Source: an uncultured delta proteobacterium
GTDB taxonomy: Bacteria > Desulfobacterota > Binatia > UBA9968
Direction of reading: 5' to 3'
NCBI GenBank assembly: GCA_963804165.1
Contig: CAWDPO010000006.1
Span: forward strand, 32,001-96,000
DNA: 64,000 nucleotides
Shown here piece by piece: positions 9,345 to 18,924 of this stretch. The translations under genes and the position numbers were made by a program. How positions within the stretch are numbered: the first letter of the stretch is position 1; the number at the start of each line of letters is the position of its first letter. The notes beneath the pieces are model-generated. The model did not search any database. It saw only the letters and a list, made by a program, of their open reading frames with translations, and had not been told where the DNA came from.

Positions 9345-10187
9345 ATGCAGCTCATGCGTTTGGCCGATGCGCCGCTGGATCGACGCGATCGCGTCTTTCA
9401 ATATTCCAAGTCTCGCGCCGTGTTCGGGGCGTTGGTCCTCAGTGGAATTGCGTTTGGGGTGATCCTATTCGGCTGGCTGAAAGGCCTCTGGCTTGCCTAC
9501 TATGTCGCGGCCGTCATCGTCATCTATTTACTGATCTTGCAAAAGCTTTTCACCGCGCGCTTTCGCCCAACCAACTGGCTCGTGCGCATGACCGACAACG
9601 GACTCTTCATAAAATTTCGCTCGTATTTGAACCACGGGTTTCCCGACGAAGATCTCACGGTCGTGTTCGTCCCCTACTCTGAGATTCGCTCGGCAAAGGT
9701 AATAAAAGAACGTCAAGAGCTGCCGGACCGCGATCAGGCCAATCGAAAAGCCTCAATCGTGAGAACGCGCCGTTTTATCGAACTGGAGCTCGCCGGTAAT
9801 TCGGACCGGTTGGCTGCCGCGCTCGCCGATGAATCAAAACGCGTATTCGCCAAACCCAACCCCGGCGGCGCCGCCGTCTCAAGTCGCTATCAACACCTAC
9901 CTTTGAGACTCTCATCGCCCAATACCGTGAGAATCGAATGGGGCGTCGTGCCGGGCGCGCGAACTCTGCTGGACGCGCTCACGCACCATACGCTTGTCCG
10001 ACCCGCCAGTGACACGGCAAAGGATTTTGCCCATCTCGAAGGGCTCGAACGCAAAGAGCAGGAAGCGCGCTTACTGGAGTTGGCTGAATCCGGCGATAGG
10101 ATCGGCGCCGTGGCGCTGGCGCGCCAACTTTACGCTTACGATCTAACCACGGCGAAGGAGTTTATCGATTCATTGATCCGCAAATAG
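9345..10187 (+). CDS. Hypothetical membrane protein with L7/L12-CTD-like C-terminus
   Basis: Two N-terminal TM helices; C-terminal GDRIGAVALARQLYAYDLTTAKEFIDSL. Confidence 0.65.
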   Translation: MQLMRLADAPLDRRDRVFQYSKSRAVFGALVLSGIAFGVILFGWLKGLWLAYYVAAVIVIYLLILQKLFTARFRPTNWLVRMTDNGLFIKFRSYLNHGFPDEDLTVVFVPYSEIRSAKVIKERQELPDRDQANRKASIVRTRRFIELELAGNSDRLAAALADESKRVFAKPNPGGAAVSSRYQHLPLRLSSPNTVRIEWGVVPGARTLLDALTHHTLVRPASDTAKDFAHLEGLERKEQEARLLELAESGDRIGAVALARQLYAYDLTTAKEFIDSLIRK

Positions 10188-10201
10188 CCGCAGGCGATTT
10201 G

Positions 10202-10804
10202 ATGCAATCGAAAATCGAAACGATTCTCAACTTTTGGTTCGGCGCCAATTCGGACGACGCAGAAATCGCCAGGTCGCAGGCAAAGCTTTGGTGGGGCAAA
10301 GACAAAGAGATCGACGATGAAATCGGGCGACGATTCGAAGACACTGTGCGAGCTGCGGTAGCGGGAGAATTAAACGATTAGCTGACGACGGCGCGCGGAC
10401 AATTAGCATTGATCATCGTCACGGATCAATTCCCGCGCAATATTTACCGCGAAACGGCGCGGGCGTTTTCTTCGGACGCGAAAGCGCTGGCGTGGTGTCT
10501 GTACGGTCTCGACCGCCGCGCCGATCGCGAGCTGCGACCGGTTGAAAGGGTTTTCTTCTATCTCCCCCTCGAACATGCGGAGTCGCGCGAACATCAACGA
10601 CGATCGGTTGAATGTTTTTTAAATTTATTTGCCATCGTGCCGGCGCCGCAGAAAGTTATCTTCGAGGAATATCTAAACTATGCAATCCGCCATCGCGATG
10701 TTATCGAGCGCTTCGGCCGATTTCCCCACCGCAATAAAATTCTCGGTCGGGATTCCACCCCCGAGGAACTGGCGTTTCTCTTGGAAGCCGCATCGACCTT
10801 CTAA
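10202..10804 (+). CDS. DUF924 family protein with in-frame TAG at 10379-10381
   Basis: ILNFWFG...DQFPRNIYR...YLPLEHAE...RFGRFPHRN; both parts in one frame; TAG falls where Trp is expected. Confidence 0.85.
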
Positions 10805-10805
10805 C

Positions 10806-10828
10806 GTAGGGGCGCGATTTATCGCGCC
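10806..10828 (+). repeat. GTAG-REP
   Basis: GTAGGGGCGCGATTTATCGCGCC between convergent genes. Confidence 0.8.
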
Positions 10829-10850
10829 GCTTGGATGCGTGCACTCGACG

Positions 10851-11834
10851 TTACGCCGGTCGAAGCAGAATCTTTCGCGCACCGGGTCTTGCCGCATGAG
10901 TCATGGCCGCGACACCGTCGTCAAGTGAATAGACTTTGTCAATCAGAGGCGTCACCGCAATTTGCTTCGACGCCAGTGCCGCGAGCGCGTCCGGAAACGG
11001 CCCACAGCGTGAGCCGATCACATTGATTTCGTTGATCACGACCGGCGCCAGCGATATTTGATGATTGCCGGCGATGGTACTCTTGAGAATCAGCGTCCCG
11101 CGCGGCCGCACGGCGCTGAGGGCCAGCTCGAATCCTGACGCCGAACCCGTCGCTTCGACGACGACATCGAACAATCTCGGTTGCCAATCGTTCAGCAGGA
11201 TCGTTCGCACGCCTGCTTTCTTGATCAACGCAAGTTTATCGCCATGTTTTCCGAGCGCGGTGATTTTCGCGCCGGTAAGCCGCAATACTTGCGCACAAAG
11301 GCTCCCTAGCTTGCCGTCGCCCAAAACGAGAACATCATCGCCCGGATCGAGTTGGATTTGGGTGAGAATTTCGAACGCCGCCGCGAGCGGTTCGGTAAAC
11401 ACCGCTTCTTCGTCGCTGACGTTATCGGGAACCAAGTGAAGATTTTCCACCGGGACGGAGACGTACTCGGCAAAAGCACCGTCCGCGTCGACAATCCCCA
11501 TCACCTTTCGCATTGGACAGTGCCGACCGAGGTCGCGGCGGCAGGCGTCGCACTGCCCGCAAGCAAAATTGATTTCGCCGACGACGCGTTTGCCGATGAG
11601 TTCGCGCGGTCCTTCGCTCACCGAGCCGACGAACTCGTGTCCGGGCACGCCCTTGAAGCCCATGTAACCCTTAAGAATTTGCAGGTCGGTGGAGCAAACA
11701 CCCGCGAGATGAACCTTGATCAGGGCGGTCGAGGTCATCGGGCGACCGCCGGTCGCCCCTACGGCCTTCGATTCCGGCGTTGGATAACCCGAGTTGTATC
11801 GCAGCTCATGGCCGTCCCAATAGAGAGCCCGCAT
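10851..11834 (-). CDS. Zn-dependent alcohol dehydrogenase (MDR family)
   Basis: GVCSTD, GHEFVG, CGQCDAC...C structural Zn site, GDGKLG. Confidence 0.92.
   Translation of the reverse strand: MRALYWDGHELRYNSGYPTPESKAVGATGGRPMTSTALIKVHLAGVCSTDLQILKGYMGFKGVPGHEFVGSVSEGPRELIGKRVVGEINFACGQCDACRRDLGRHCPMRKVMGIVDADGAFAEYVSVPVENLHLVPDNVSDEEAVFTEPLAAAFEILTQIQLDPGDDVLVLGDGKLGSLCAQVLRLTGAKITALGKHGDKLALIKKAGVRTILLNDWQPRLFDVVVEATGSASGFELALSAVRPRGTLILKSTIAGNHQISLAPVVINEINVIGSRCGPFPDALAALASKQIAVTPLIDKVYSLDDGVAAMTHAARPGARKILLRPA
11740..11762 (-). repeat. GTAG-REP inside ADH coding sequence
   Basis: Reverse complement identical (23/23) to REP at 3177-3199; translated as VGATGGRP. Confidence 0.85.
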
Positions 11835-11851
11835 GATTCCGGTGAGTTAAT

Positions 11852-12666
11852 TTATTTTCTCAGGGCGCTGGCCCATTTTGTCTGCGGCGACGGCACAAGC
11901 TCGCCATCGACATAGATATCGCAGCCGCGCTCGTGGAAGAAACAAAGCAGGCCTTTGATTTTCGGACACTCGGGAATCGGCGCCATGTAGCCCCAGACCA
12001 AATCGGTGAAAGTCTCATCGCCGAGCTTTACCGACCAATAGGAGGCCGGTCCCTTATACGGACAGCGCGACGTTGTTGCGCTCGGCGACGAGCCCAGTCC
12101 ATGCGCACGTCTTCCTGCGGGATATAGTAGCGCACCGGATGATTGGTTTCGAAGAGTAAATGGGGCCGCCGCGTCTCCGCAACGGTGTGCCCGTCGATCA
12201 CGACGCGAATGTGGCGTTTGCTCGGCATCACATCGACGCGTTTGTACGGATCGCGCGCATGCTTGAAAAGCTCCTCGTCTTCCTCCATCCACTTTTCCAT
12301 TTTCGGCCAATCGAAGGCAAAGTGATCTTTCAGGCTCACCGCCTCGGGATGCGGAGTTCTATAACTCCACGCCGCGTTTTCGGCCCGGCGATCGCCGACT
12401 TGGATCGACCAATACGAAGCTTCGCCTTTGACAGGGCAAGGGCTCTTGAATTCGCTTGGCACGAAAAGATCTGTGCGTACGTCTTCTTTGGGAAAATAGT
12501 AAGCGGGCAAGATTTCCGCCTCGCGCAAGAGTTTTGCGTGTTTACTGTCGGCGATCGTCTCGCCGCCGAACATGACGCGCACATGGCGCGGGCTTTCGCT
12601 GACATGAAGCCAATGGCCCGGGTCGCCGTGGATCGGCACACGTTGCTGAGTGACGTTGCTCTGCAT
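11852..12666 (-). CDS. Tandem DUF427 protein; frameshift near 12095
   Basis: Two CPxKGxASYWS repeats and HARDPYKRVD, split between ORFs 12028..12666 and 11852..12310. Confidence 0.87.
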
Positions 12667-12708
12667 ACTTCGGCCTCCCCTTACCCTATCTCTCCCCTTC
12701 CCCCGCCT

Positions 12709-12786
12709 TGTTCAAATGTTCCAGGTTCAAAGTTCAAGGTGGGGGAAGGGATCATTGAACATTTGAACCTTGAACGGTTGAACGGT
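12709..12786. repeat. Inverted GTTCAA(A/G) heptamer array
   Basis: gttcaaatgttccaggttcaaagttcaagg ... ttgaacatttgaaccttgaacggttgaacgg. Confidence 0.8.
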
Positions 12787-12804
12787 TTTATCCTGCCAAG
12801 GCAG

Positions 12805-13758
12805 CTAACCGAGTTTCTTAAGTTTCTGTAAGCTCCGCAATTCGCGCGGCGGCTTCAGATGTTGGCCCATGATCGTCCACGATACTTCGCCGACATAAAT
12901 ATCACCGCGTGAATCGATGGCGAGCCCGTGCGGCGCGATGAACTGCCCGGGTTTTTCGCCGGCGCGGATGTCGCCAAGTCGCGCCAGCCGCTTTCCAGTC
13001 TTATCGTATACATCGAGACGGTTTCCCAAGTTCGGCGCTTCTTTATTGACGCCTAAGCCCGGACCGAGCTCACCGACATAGCAGATCGGATCCTTCTTCG
13101 TGGTATCCATATAAAGCGCGCAGGGCCGATGCATATTGTTCCACTGCGTTTCATATTTACCGTTGCTGTCGAAGACTTGAACCCGATTATTTTCCCGATC
13201 AGCGACGTAAACCCAGCCGTCTTTGTCGGTGACGATGTTGTGCACAATGTTGAATTGCCCGGGATCGGAACCCGACTCTCCCCACGACAAGAGCAACTTG
13301 CCGTCAGGGGAATACTTATGCACGCGTGAATTGCCATAGCCATCCGAGACGTAGATCTCGCCCTGCGGGGAAAACGCGACGTGCGTGCAGCGGTTGAAGG
13401 GCTCGCCGCCTTGATACGGCGCCGCTTTCCCGGGCACACCGATGGTCATGAGTATTTTGCCGTCAAGCGTGCACTTGCGCACCGTGTGGTCGCCGTCGTC
13501 CGTCAAGAAGATCGTTTCGTCGGGACCGATCGTCGCGCCATGCGCCCGCTTGAACACACCGTCGCCCCAAGCGCGCGAAAAATTCCCGTCCCGATCGAAC
13601 ACGATCACGGGATGCTTGCCGCGGGTGAAACAGTAAACCTGGTCTTTGTCGTCCACCGCAACCGCGGCGACTTCGTGAAAGGTCCAATCGTCGGGTAGTT
13701 TTCCCCAACCTTCGATCACTTCGTAGCGATAATCACCGCTTCCTACGACCGTACTCAT
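12805..13758 (-). CDS. NHL-repeat beta-propeller (PAL-like family)
   Basis: YVSDGYGNSRVHKY, VYVADRENNRVQVFD, PHGLAIDSRGDIYVGEV repeats. Confidence 0.88.
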   Translation of the reverse strand: MSTVVGSGDYRYEVIEGWGKLPDDWTFHEVAAVAVDDKDQVYCFTRGKHPVIVFDRDGNFSRAWGDGVFKRAHGATIGPDETIFLTDDGDHTVRKCTLDGKILMTIGVPGKAAPYQGGEPFNRCTHVAFSPQGEIYVSDGYGNSRVHKYSPDGKLLLSWGESGSDPGQFNIVHNIVTDKDGWVYVADRENNRVQVFDSNGKYETQWNNMHRPCALYMDTTKKDPICYVGELGPGLGVNKEAPNLGNRLDVYDKTGKRLARLGDIRAGEKPGQFIAPHGLAIDSRGDIYVGEVSWTIMGQHLKPPRELRSLQKLKKLG

Positions 13759-13777
13759 GATAACCTCCTTGCTTTCG

Positions 13778-13838
13778 CAGTCTCAAGTTTAGAGTCCAGC
13801 GTCTTGAGTTTGACGCGAGACACGAGACTCAAGACTCT
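13778..13838. repeat. Inverted GAGTC/AGACTC short-unit array
   Basis: agtctcaagtttagagtccagcgtcttgagt ... gagacacgagactcaagactc. Confidence 0.6.
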
Positions 13839-13845
13839 TTCATAC

Positions 13846-14160
13846 TTATGCGGCCTCATGCTCATACACCGGCCGCCAAGCTTCGAAGCCACCGCTCATG
13901 CTGGCGACGTTGGCAAAGCCGTTCTCCAGCAGAAACGCCGTCGCGCCCAAACTGCTGTTGCCGTGGTAGCAGTAGACGACGACAGCTTGTTCTTTAGCGG
14001 TGTTTTGCAGGAATTCTTGCACATTGCCGTCGTTGAGTTGAACCGCACCCGGAATATGCGCTTGGCGATAGGAACCGGGATCGCGAATGTCGACGAACAA
14101 ACAACTCTTCTCATCGAGCTTCTTTTTGGCCTCGTGAATTGGTATCTGAGGTATTTCCAT
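13846..14160 (-). CDS. glpE: Thiosulfate sulfurtransferase (single-domain rhodanese)
   Basis: VDIRD, HIPGA, active loop CYHGNSS, SMSGGFEAW. Confidence 0.88.
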   Translation of the reverse strand: MEIPQIPIHEAKKKLDEKSCLFVDIRDPGSYRQAHIPGAVQLNDGNVQEFLQNTAKEQAVVVYCYHGNSSLGATAFLLENGFANVASMSGGFEAWRPVYEHEAA

Positions 14161-14275
14161 ACGGCGCTCCTTGCCTGACGCTGTCGTTTTATCAAGGTCG
14201 AATCAAGCTGTCCACAGCGACAAATTTCCCGCCGCTTTCATAGGCTCCAAGCCTGCCAACTGCTATAGTCGCGCG

Positions 14276-15442
14276 ATGACCTTCTCTCCGCTTACCTTGT
14301 ACGTGCTAGCGGCGATCTTCCAAACCGCCGGATCGTCCGGCGCGGCGATGCTCGCGCCGTTTTTCATGAAGGCCCATGGCTATTCCGTCGCCGTGGCGGG
14401 AGTGCCCTTGGTCGCTAACGGCGTGGGGCGGGTTTGTTCCGATGTCCTGTCCGGGATCATAGCGACTTATTTCAGCGCCGGATCGCTGCTCTTCGCCGCC
14501 ATGATCATCGGCATCGCGACCAGCATCGTGGGCTATGCCTTCATGGACAGCATGCCGGTGTTTCTCACCGCCTGGATCATATTTGGTTTGACCGAAGCGA
14601 TGTTTGCTTTGTCACTGCGAAAAATCGGCTTCGACCAGTCTCCGCCCGATCGTCAGGGCAGAGTGCAAGGACAAATGGCTTCGGCGTTAGGTATCGGGTT
14701 TACCCTCGGGCCGTTGCTCGGCGGCTTCGTCGGCAAATGGCTCGGACCGGACGGATTATTTTTTCTCTATGCGGCACCGCAATTCATCGGCATGATCATC
14801 ATCTTTGCCGCCGGTGCACACCGCTACCGGCTCAAAGACCGTCGCACCAACCCCAACCTGTGGCGCGAAGGACGGCGCTTGCTCGCTGGGATCCCTTTTC
14901 TCGCTTCGTGCCTGGCGATCTGTCAATCTTTCCTGTTTCTGGTCGGCGTTACGCGCATAGCGTTTCCGTTTCTCGCGGTCAACCTGCGCGGTATCAGTTT
15001 AGAAACCGTAGGGATGATCGTTTCGATTTCCCGTCTGAGCGACACCTTTGGGCGCTATATGGGCGGACGGCTTTGCGACCGGATCAAACCGGCTAACGTC
15101 ATCCTGCTGGGAATTACCGTCGGTGTGCCAATGTTCTTGCTACAAATATATGGCTCCGGCTTTGCCACTCTCTTGATTCCTTTGGCGCTCATGACGATGG
15201 GCTTCGGCTTTACCAACGTCGGCGCTACCACCTTTGCGTTACAATCCGCCGACCGAGGCGCCAAAGAACTCAGTCTCGGCATATCTCGCGCGTCCACGTC
15301 CGTAGGGCAAGCGATCGGACCTTTAGTATGCGGCGCGCTGATCGAGCAGATGGGATACGAGGGGGGATTTCAAGCGATGGCGCTGATCTCGGCGGTGGTT
15401 CTGGTCATGACCTGGATCGGCTTAAAACAACAACCGGAGTGA
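14276..15442 (+). CDS. MFS transporter
   Basis: About 12 TM segments, GRLCDRI motif; ATG 14276 preferred as start. Confidence 0.85.
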   Translation: MTFSPLTLYVLAAIFQTAGSSGAAMLAPFFMKAHGYSVAVAGVPLVANGVGRVCSDVLSGIIATYFSAGSLLFAAMIIGIATSIVGYAFMDSMPVFLTAWIIFGLTEAMFALSLRKIGFDQSPPDRQGRVQGQMASALGIGFTLGPLLGGFVGKWLGPDGLFFLYAAPQFIGMIIIFAAGAHRYRLKDRRTNPNLWREGRRLLAGIPFLASCLAICQSFLFLVGVTRIAFPFLAVNLRGISLETVGMIVSISRLSDTFGRYMGGRLCDRIKPANVILLGITVGVPMFLLQIYGSGFATLLIPLALMTMGFGFTNVGATTFALQSADRGAKELSLGISRASTSVGQAIGPLVCGALIEQMGYEGGFQAMALISAVVLVMTWIGLKQQPE

Positions 15443-15445
15443 AAC

Positions 15446-15522
15446 GGTTCAAAGTTCAAGGTTCAAAGTTCAAGGTCGGATCCGATCTCAGTCCTTGAAC
15501 TTGGAACCTTGAACTTTGAACG
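15446..15522. repeat. Inverted GTTCAA(A/G) heptamer array between convergent genes
   Basis: ggttcaaagttcaaggttcaaagttcaagg ... ccttgaacttggaaccttgaactttgaac. Confidence 0.85.
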
Positions 15523-15531
15523 GGCTGCGCG

Positions 15532-16323
15532 TTAGCGCAGCCCCTTATACTCCTCGCCGAGTCCGAGATCTTTCAAATACTCGATGCTGTTATTGGCGTA
15601 ACCGACCTGTCCCGCCTTCTCCGCGCGCCAGGCGTCGAGATATTTGACGATATCATCCAACGGCAAAACATCGGCATACTTCTGATTCATGTCGAAGAGA
15701 TTGATCGCATGACAAGCTTCATGTCGATCGAAGACACATTCTTCCGCGACCACCATGCGCAGCCGATTCGTCGTACCATCGACAACGCTGGCGCGCACGC
15801 AGCCGCTGGTGCTCTCCCCGCACGTGATGATCGTGTCCACGCCGAGAAAGTTTAAATGGCCGACCAGTGGCGTGCCCCAAAAGGCGCTCGGCGAGACTTT
15901 CTTGAACACGGTTTCACCGGGAATTGGTTTTACTTGATCGACGATGTCGTAACGGCGCCGAAAGCGATCGAGCTCTTCGGCGCTCATGGTCGCGCGTTTT
16001 TTTGTGTCGCGCCGGAAAGCCCAAGGCTCCACCGCGACTCCGTCCATGCCGGTGACGTGAATGATGGGGATCCCGACTTCGCGTGCTTTGCCCAGCAGTT
16101 TTTGAATGTGCGGCAAAGCGTTCCACCCGGCCAGCCCGCAACTGCCCGGCCAAGTCTTGATCGCTTCGGTCACCGCCTCCGGCTTGTCACCGAATACCCA
16201 GCGGTAAAGGTCGATCAGCAACAACGCCGGCCGCTCGCCGAAACCGATGCGCCGATCCGCCTTACCGACTAACGTCGCTTTGTCTTGCTCCGTGAGAAAT
16301 TTTTCCCAGACACGCTCAGCCAT
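15532..16323 (-). CDS. Isochorismatase-family cysteine hydrolase (maleamate amidohydrolase-like)
   Basis: PALLLID, K..PSAFWGT, GESTSGCVRASVVD, KYADV. Confidence 0.88.
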   Translation of the reverse strand: MAERVWEKFLTEQDKATLVGKADRRIGFGERPALLLIDLYRWVFGDKPEAVTEAIKTWPGSCGLAGWNALPHIQKLLGKAREVGIPIIHVTGMDGVAVEPWAFRRDTKKRATMSAEELDRFRRRYDIVDQVKPIPGETVFKKVSPSAFWGTPLVGHLNFLGVDTIITCGESTSGCVRASVVDGTTNRLRMVVAEECVFDRHEACHAINLFDMNQKYADVLPLDDIVKYLDAWRAEKAGQVGYANNSIEYLKDLGLGEEYKGLR

Positions 16324-16473
16324 GAGACACCTCCAAAAAAACGTGAATTACCTGAAGACTTATCACCCAGGTCCTTTCACGGTCAAGGCGATCAAATACC
16401 TCCAGCACGACCCGTCGCGGGCAAAATGCCATAAGACTTGGCACCTGCGCGTGGCTATTCGCCGACCGTAGAT

Positions 16474-16500
16474 GTCATTCTGAACGAAGTGAAGAATCTC
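16474..16500 (+). repeat. GTCATTCTGAAC...GAATCTC palindromic repeat half
   Basis: Same family as 61144-61234. Confidence 0.6.
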
Positions 16501-16585
16501 GACCGAAGTTGGTAGTGCTTTCGACTTCGTAGCAGTGCGTAGTTCGCTGTTGCTCCCGATGTTTCGTTGGCGCTATAGTCACCCT

Positions 16586-17101
16586 ATGGAAAAGCTCATT
16601 CCTATCGACCTAACTGGCGTCATCGAAGATGTCAAAGCTGAAGGCAAAACTCGCCGCGTGTTGTGGCAGGACTCGGAGTCCATCGCATTTCTGAGCAGCG
16701 GGCGTAAAGAGCGCTGGGATTTCCACATCGATCCGGCGGACGAAGTGACGTTGCAACTGACCGGTGTACAGCATCTGGTCTACCGAACACCCGATGGCAA
16801 AGAACAAACAGCCGACATAAAAGCCGGCCAGATCCTTCTCTGTCCCGCCGGCGTGCCCCACTCGCCGCGGCTCGAAGCAAACTCCTGGTTCATCGTCTTC
16901 GAGCGCAAACGCAAAGCCGGTGAATTGGATCACTTCAAGTGGTTCTGTAACAAGTGCGGCGAGAACGTCTACGAGACTTCCGTCGAAGTAGGCGATTACC
17001 GCGCTGATCCGGTGGGACAGGTTTACCGAAAGTTCTCCAGCGACGAGCAACTGCGCACGTGCAAGAAATGCGGCACAGTGGTTCCGGTGCCGCCATCCTG
17101 A
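16586..17101 (+). CDS. 3-hydroxyanthranilate 3,4-dioxygenase-like cupin
   Basis: DFHID..DE, VPHSP, ERKR, and rubredoxin-like CNKC/CKKC pairs. Confidence 0.75.
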   Translation: MEKLIPIDLTGVIEDVKAEGKTRRVLWQDSESIAFLSSGRKERWDFHIDPADEVTLQLTGVQHLVYRTPDGKEQTADIKAGQILLCPAGVPHSPRLEANSWFIVFERKRKAGELDHFKWFCNKCGENVYETSVEVGDYRADPVGQVYRKFSSDEQLRTCKKCGTVVPVPPS

Positions 17102-17190
17102 GCCGGGCGCAGGATCTCCGGCAAGCACCGAACTTTTCCTCCTGCACGCAGTGAAGGCTCTTTTCGATTGCCGGCGGGAAATAGAATTTC

Positions 17191-17979
17191 ATGTCAAACC
17201 GCGCCAACCCCTACGTCGCAAAACTCACGCGATTAGCATCCGCGTACCGCGAAGCGGAAGCGCAGGTCGTCAGTGCCTTCTTTAAGAAAACACGACGAAC
17301 CAAAGAACACCTCCGTTGGCTCAAGGCGCAGGGCTTTAAAGAATATTCGGCCATCAAGCCGATCGTCGATGCGCTCGCGGCTCTCTATCCCGACATCGAC
17401 CGCGGCATAGACCGCCATCACTACGCCGAGCTGACGGAGAAACTGGCGGATGAAACCAAACACGCGCGTTTGGTCATGGATCTCCTGCAACAAATCACCG
17501 GCAGAAAGATCACGCCCCGTGATCTCACCTGGCTGCCGCAAGACCGCGCTCTCGCCCGGGTGCGCGCGCAATATTCCAAGAGTTACGCGGGTCTCTTGCA
17601 CGGCTCGGTGAAGATCACCTCTAAAGAAATCAAACGGCGTGACGAAGAACTAGAACGTGCCGCGATCACTCTGACCGAGGGCGGTGGCGGCGCGCTGTAC
17701 CAAGTTTGCAGCAAGCTTAAGAAGAATGGCGTCGAGGGAAAAATCGCTCGCGTGTTTCGCGAAATCCTGCGCGATGAGGTCGGACACAAGGACACCGGTG
17801 CCCGGGCGCTCGCCAGCCTAATCAGCGACGAGTCCTCGTTTCGGCGGGCGGCGAGAATCATCGGGGAAGTCTCCGGCCAACGATTGCGCATGCGCAACGA
17901 GCAATTCGGCTTTCCGCTTGACCGACATGAAGTGGCGGCGCTCGACGGTCGCATCAAGCAATGGGTAGATAAGGAATGA
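17191..17979 (+). CDS. Ferritin-like (diiron) domain protein
   Basis: Two DExxH motifs (DETKH, DEVGH) in a helical protein. Confidence 0.65.
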   Translation: MSNRANPYVAKLTRLASAYREAEAQVVSAFFKKTRRTKEHLRWLKAQGFKEYSAIKPIVDALAALYPDIDRGIDRHHYAELTEKLADETKHARLVMDLLQQITGRKITPRDLTWLPQDRALARVRAQYSKSYAGLLHGSVKITSKEIKRRDEELERAAITLTEGGGGALYQVCSKLKKNGVEGKIARVFREILRDEVGHKDTGARALASLISDESSFRRAARIIGEVSGQRLRMRNEQFGFPLDRHEVAALDGRIKQWVDKE

Positions 17980-18845
17980 ATTTTTTAGTCATCGCCATAC
18001 TCTTTAGTTTGCTCTCCGGCTCCGTTTCATCGGCTCTTGAAATGCCAGCGCTCAGGACCGGCATCAACGATTTCGCCGCAATGTTTCCCCCGGCGAGCCT
18101 CGACGATCTGGAAACTCGCCTGCGCCGCTTCAACACTGAAACCGCGAATGGCGTCGTCGTGCTGACGCTCAAGAGTCTCGATGGCGAAGATATCCACAGC
18201 GTCGCGCTCAGAGCATTCAACGAGCTACCGCTCAGTGACGTCGAGCGGCAAAGGAGCGTGCTCCTGGTGGTAGCGCGGACCGAGCGACAAATCGCGATCC
18301 AAGCTGGCGCACGAGTGCGCGCCTTACTTCCGGAGCCAGCGGCAAGCGAGAAGGTTCTCGGCCAGGTCGCGCTTTACTGGGATGGCATGCGGCCCGATCT
18401 CGGCATTCACGGCGCGGTGCAATATCTTTTTCGCGTATTGCGCGGCGACGTCCGCGTCGGCAGCCAAACCGAGGAAGAAAAATTGCAGCAGACTTCGTTG
18501 CGCGGCGGCGAGGCCGGCGCGATCTTCGCGCTTTGCTTGGCGCCCTTTCTGGCGTTTTTCATCGGCGTCGGCTGGGGAATTTACGCGACTCAATACGGTG
18601 TGCAGCGTGGCACGCGCCTGCTCATGGGCGCGATCTTCGGTGGCGGCACGGCTAAGATCGTTGCAATGCTGATGTCCTTCCTGGGCGGCTATAGCGACAA
18701 TCTGTGGTATTTCATCATGGCGCTCGCTATTCCGCTCGGCGTATTCGGCAGCCTGACCGAGTTCTGGATGTGGGGTGATTGGAGTGGAATTCCGCGCGTC
18801 AAAGAACGCCGCCCGCGCAAACCGGAAGACAACATGGGAATATGA
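17976..18845 (+). CDS. TPM-domain membrane protein
   Basis: Signal peptide, INDFAAMF, VVVLTLKSLDGEDI; C-terminal TM helices. Confidence 0.8.
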   Translation: MNFLVIAILFSLLSGSVSSALEMPALRTGINDFAAMFPPASLDDLETRLRRFNTETANGVVVLTLKSLDGEDIHSVALRAFNELPLSDVERQRSVLLVVARTERQIAIQAGARVRALLPEPAASEKVLGQVALYWDGMRPDLGIHGAVQYLFRVLRGDVRVGSQTEEEKLQQTSLRGGEAGAIFALCLAPFLAFFIGVGWGIYATQYGVQRGTRLLMGAIFGGGTAKIVAMLMSFLGGYSDNLWYFIMALAIPLGVFGSLTEFWMWGDWSGIPRVKERRPRKPEDNMGI

Positions 18846-18924
18846 GAACAGCGAGTGGGAAGTGCCGAGGACTACGTGCTAATGGCGCAAATCAACCGCG
18901 ACTTAGATCCACGACCTGATTTCA

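Noticed and set aside
10379-10381. In-frame TAG as pyrrolysine or recoding
   Set aside because: Falls at an expected Trp (TGG to TAG); TAG ends many other genes here; no pyl genes seen.
15446-15522. Short repeats as a CRISPR array
   Set aside because: Units are 7-9 bp without unique spacers, and no cas genes are present.
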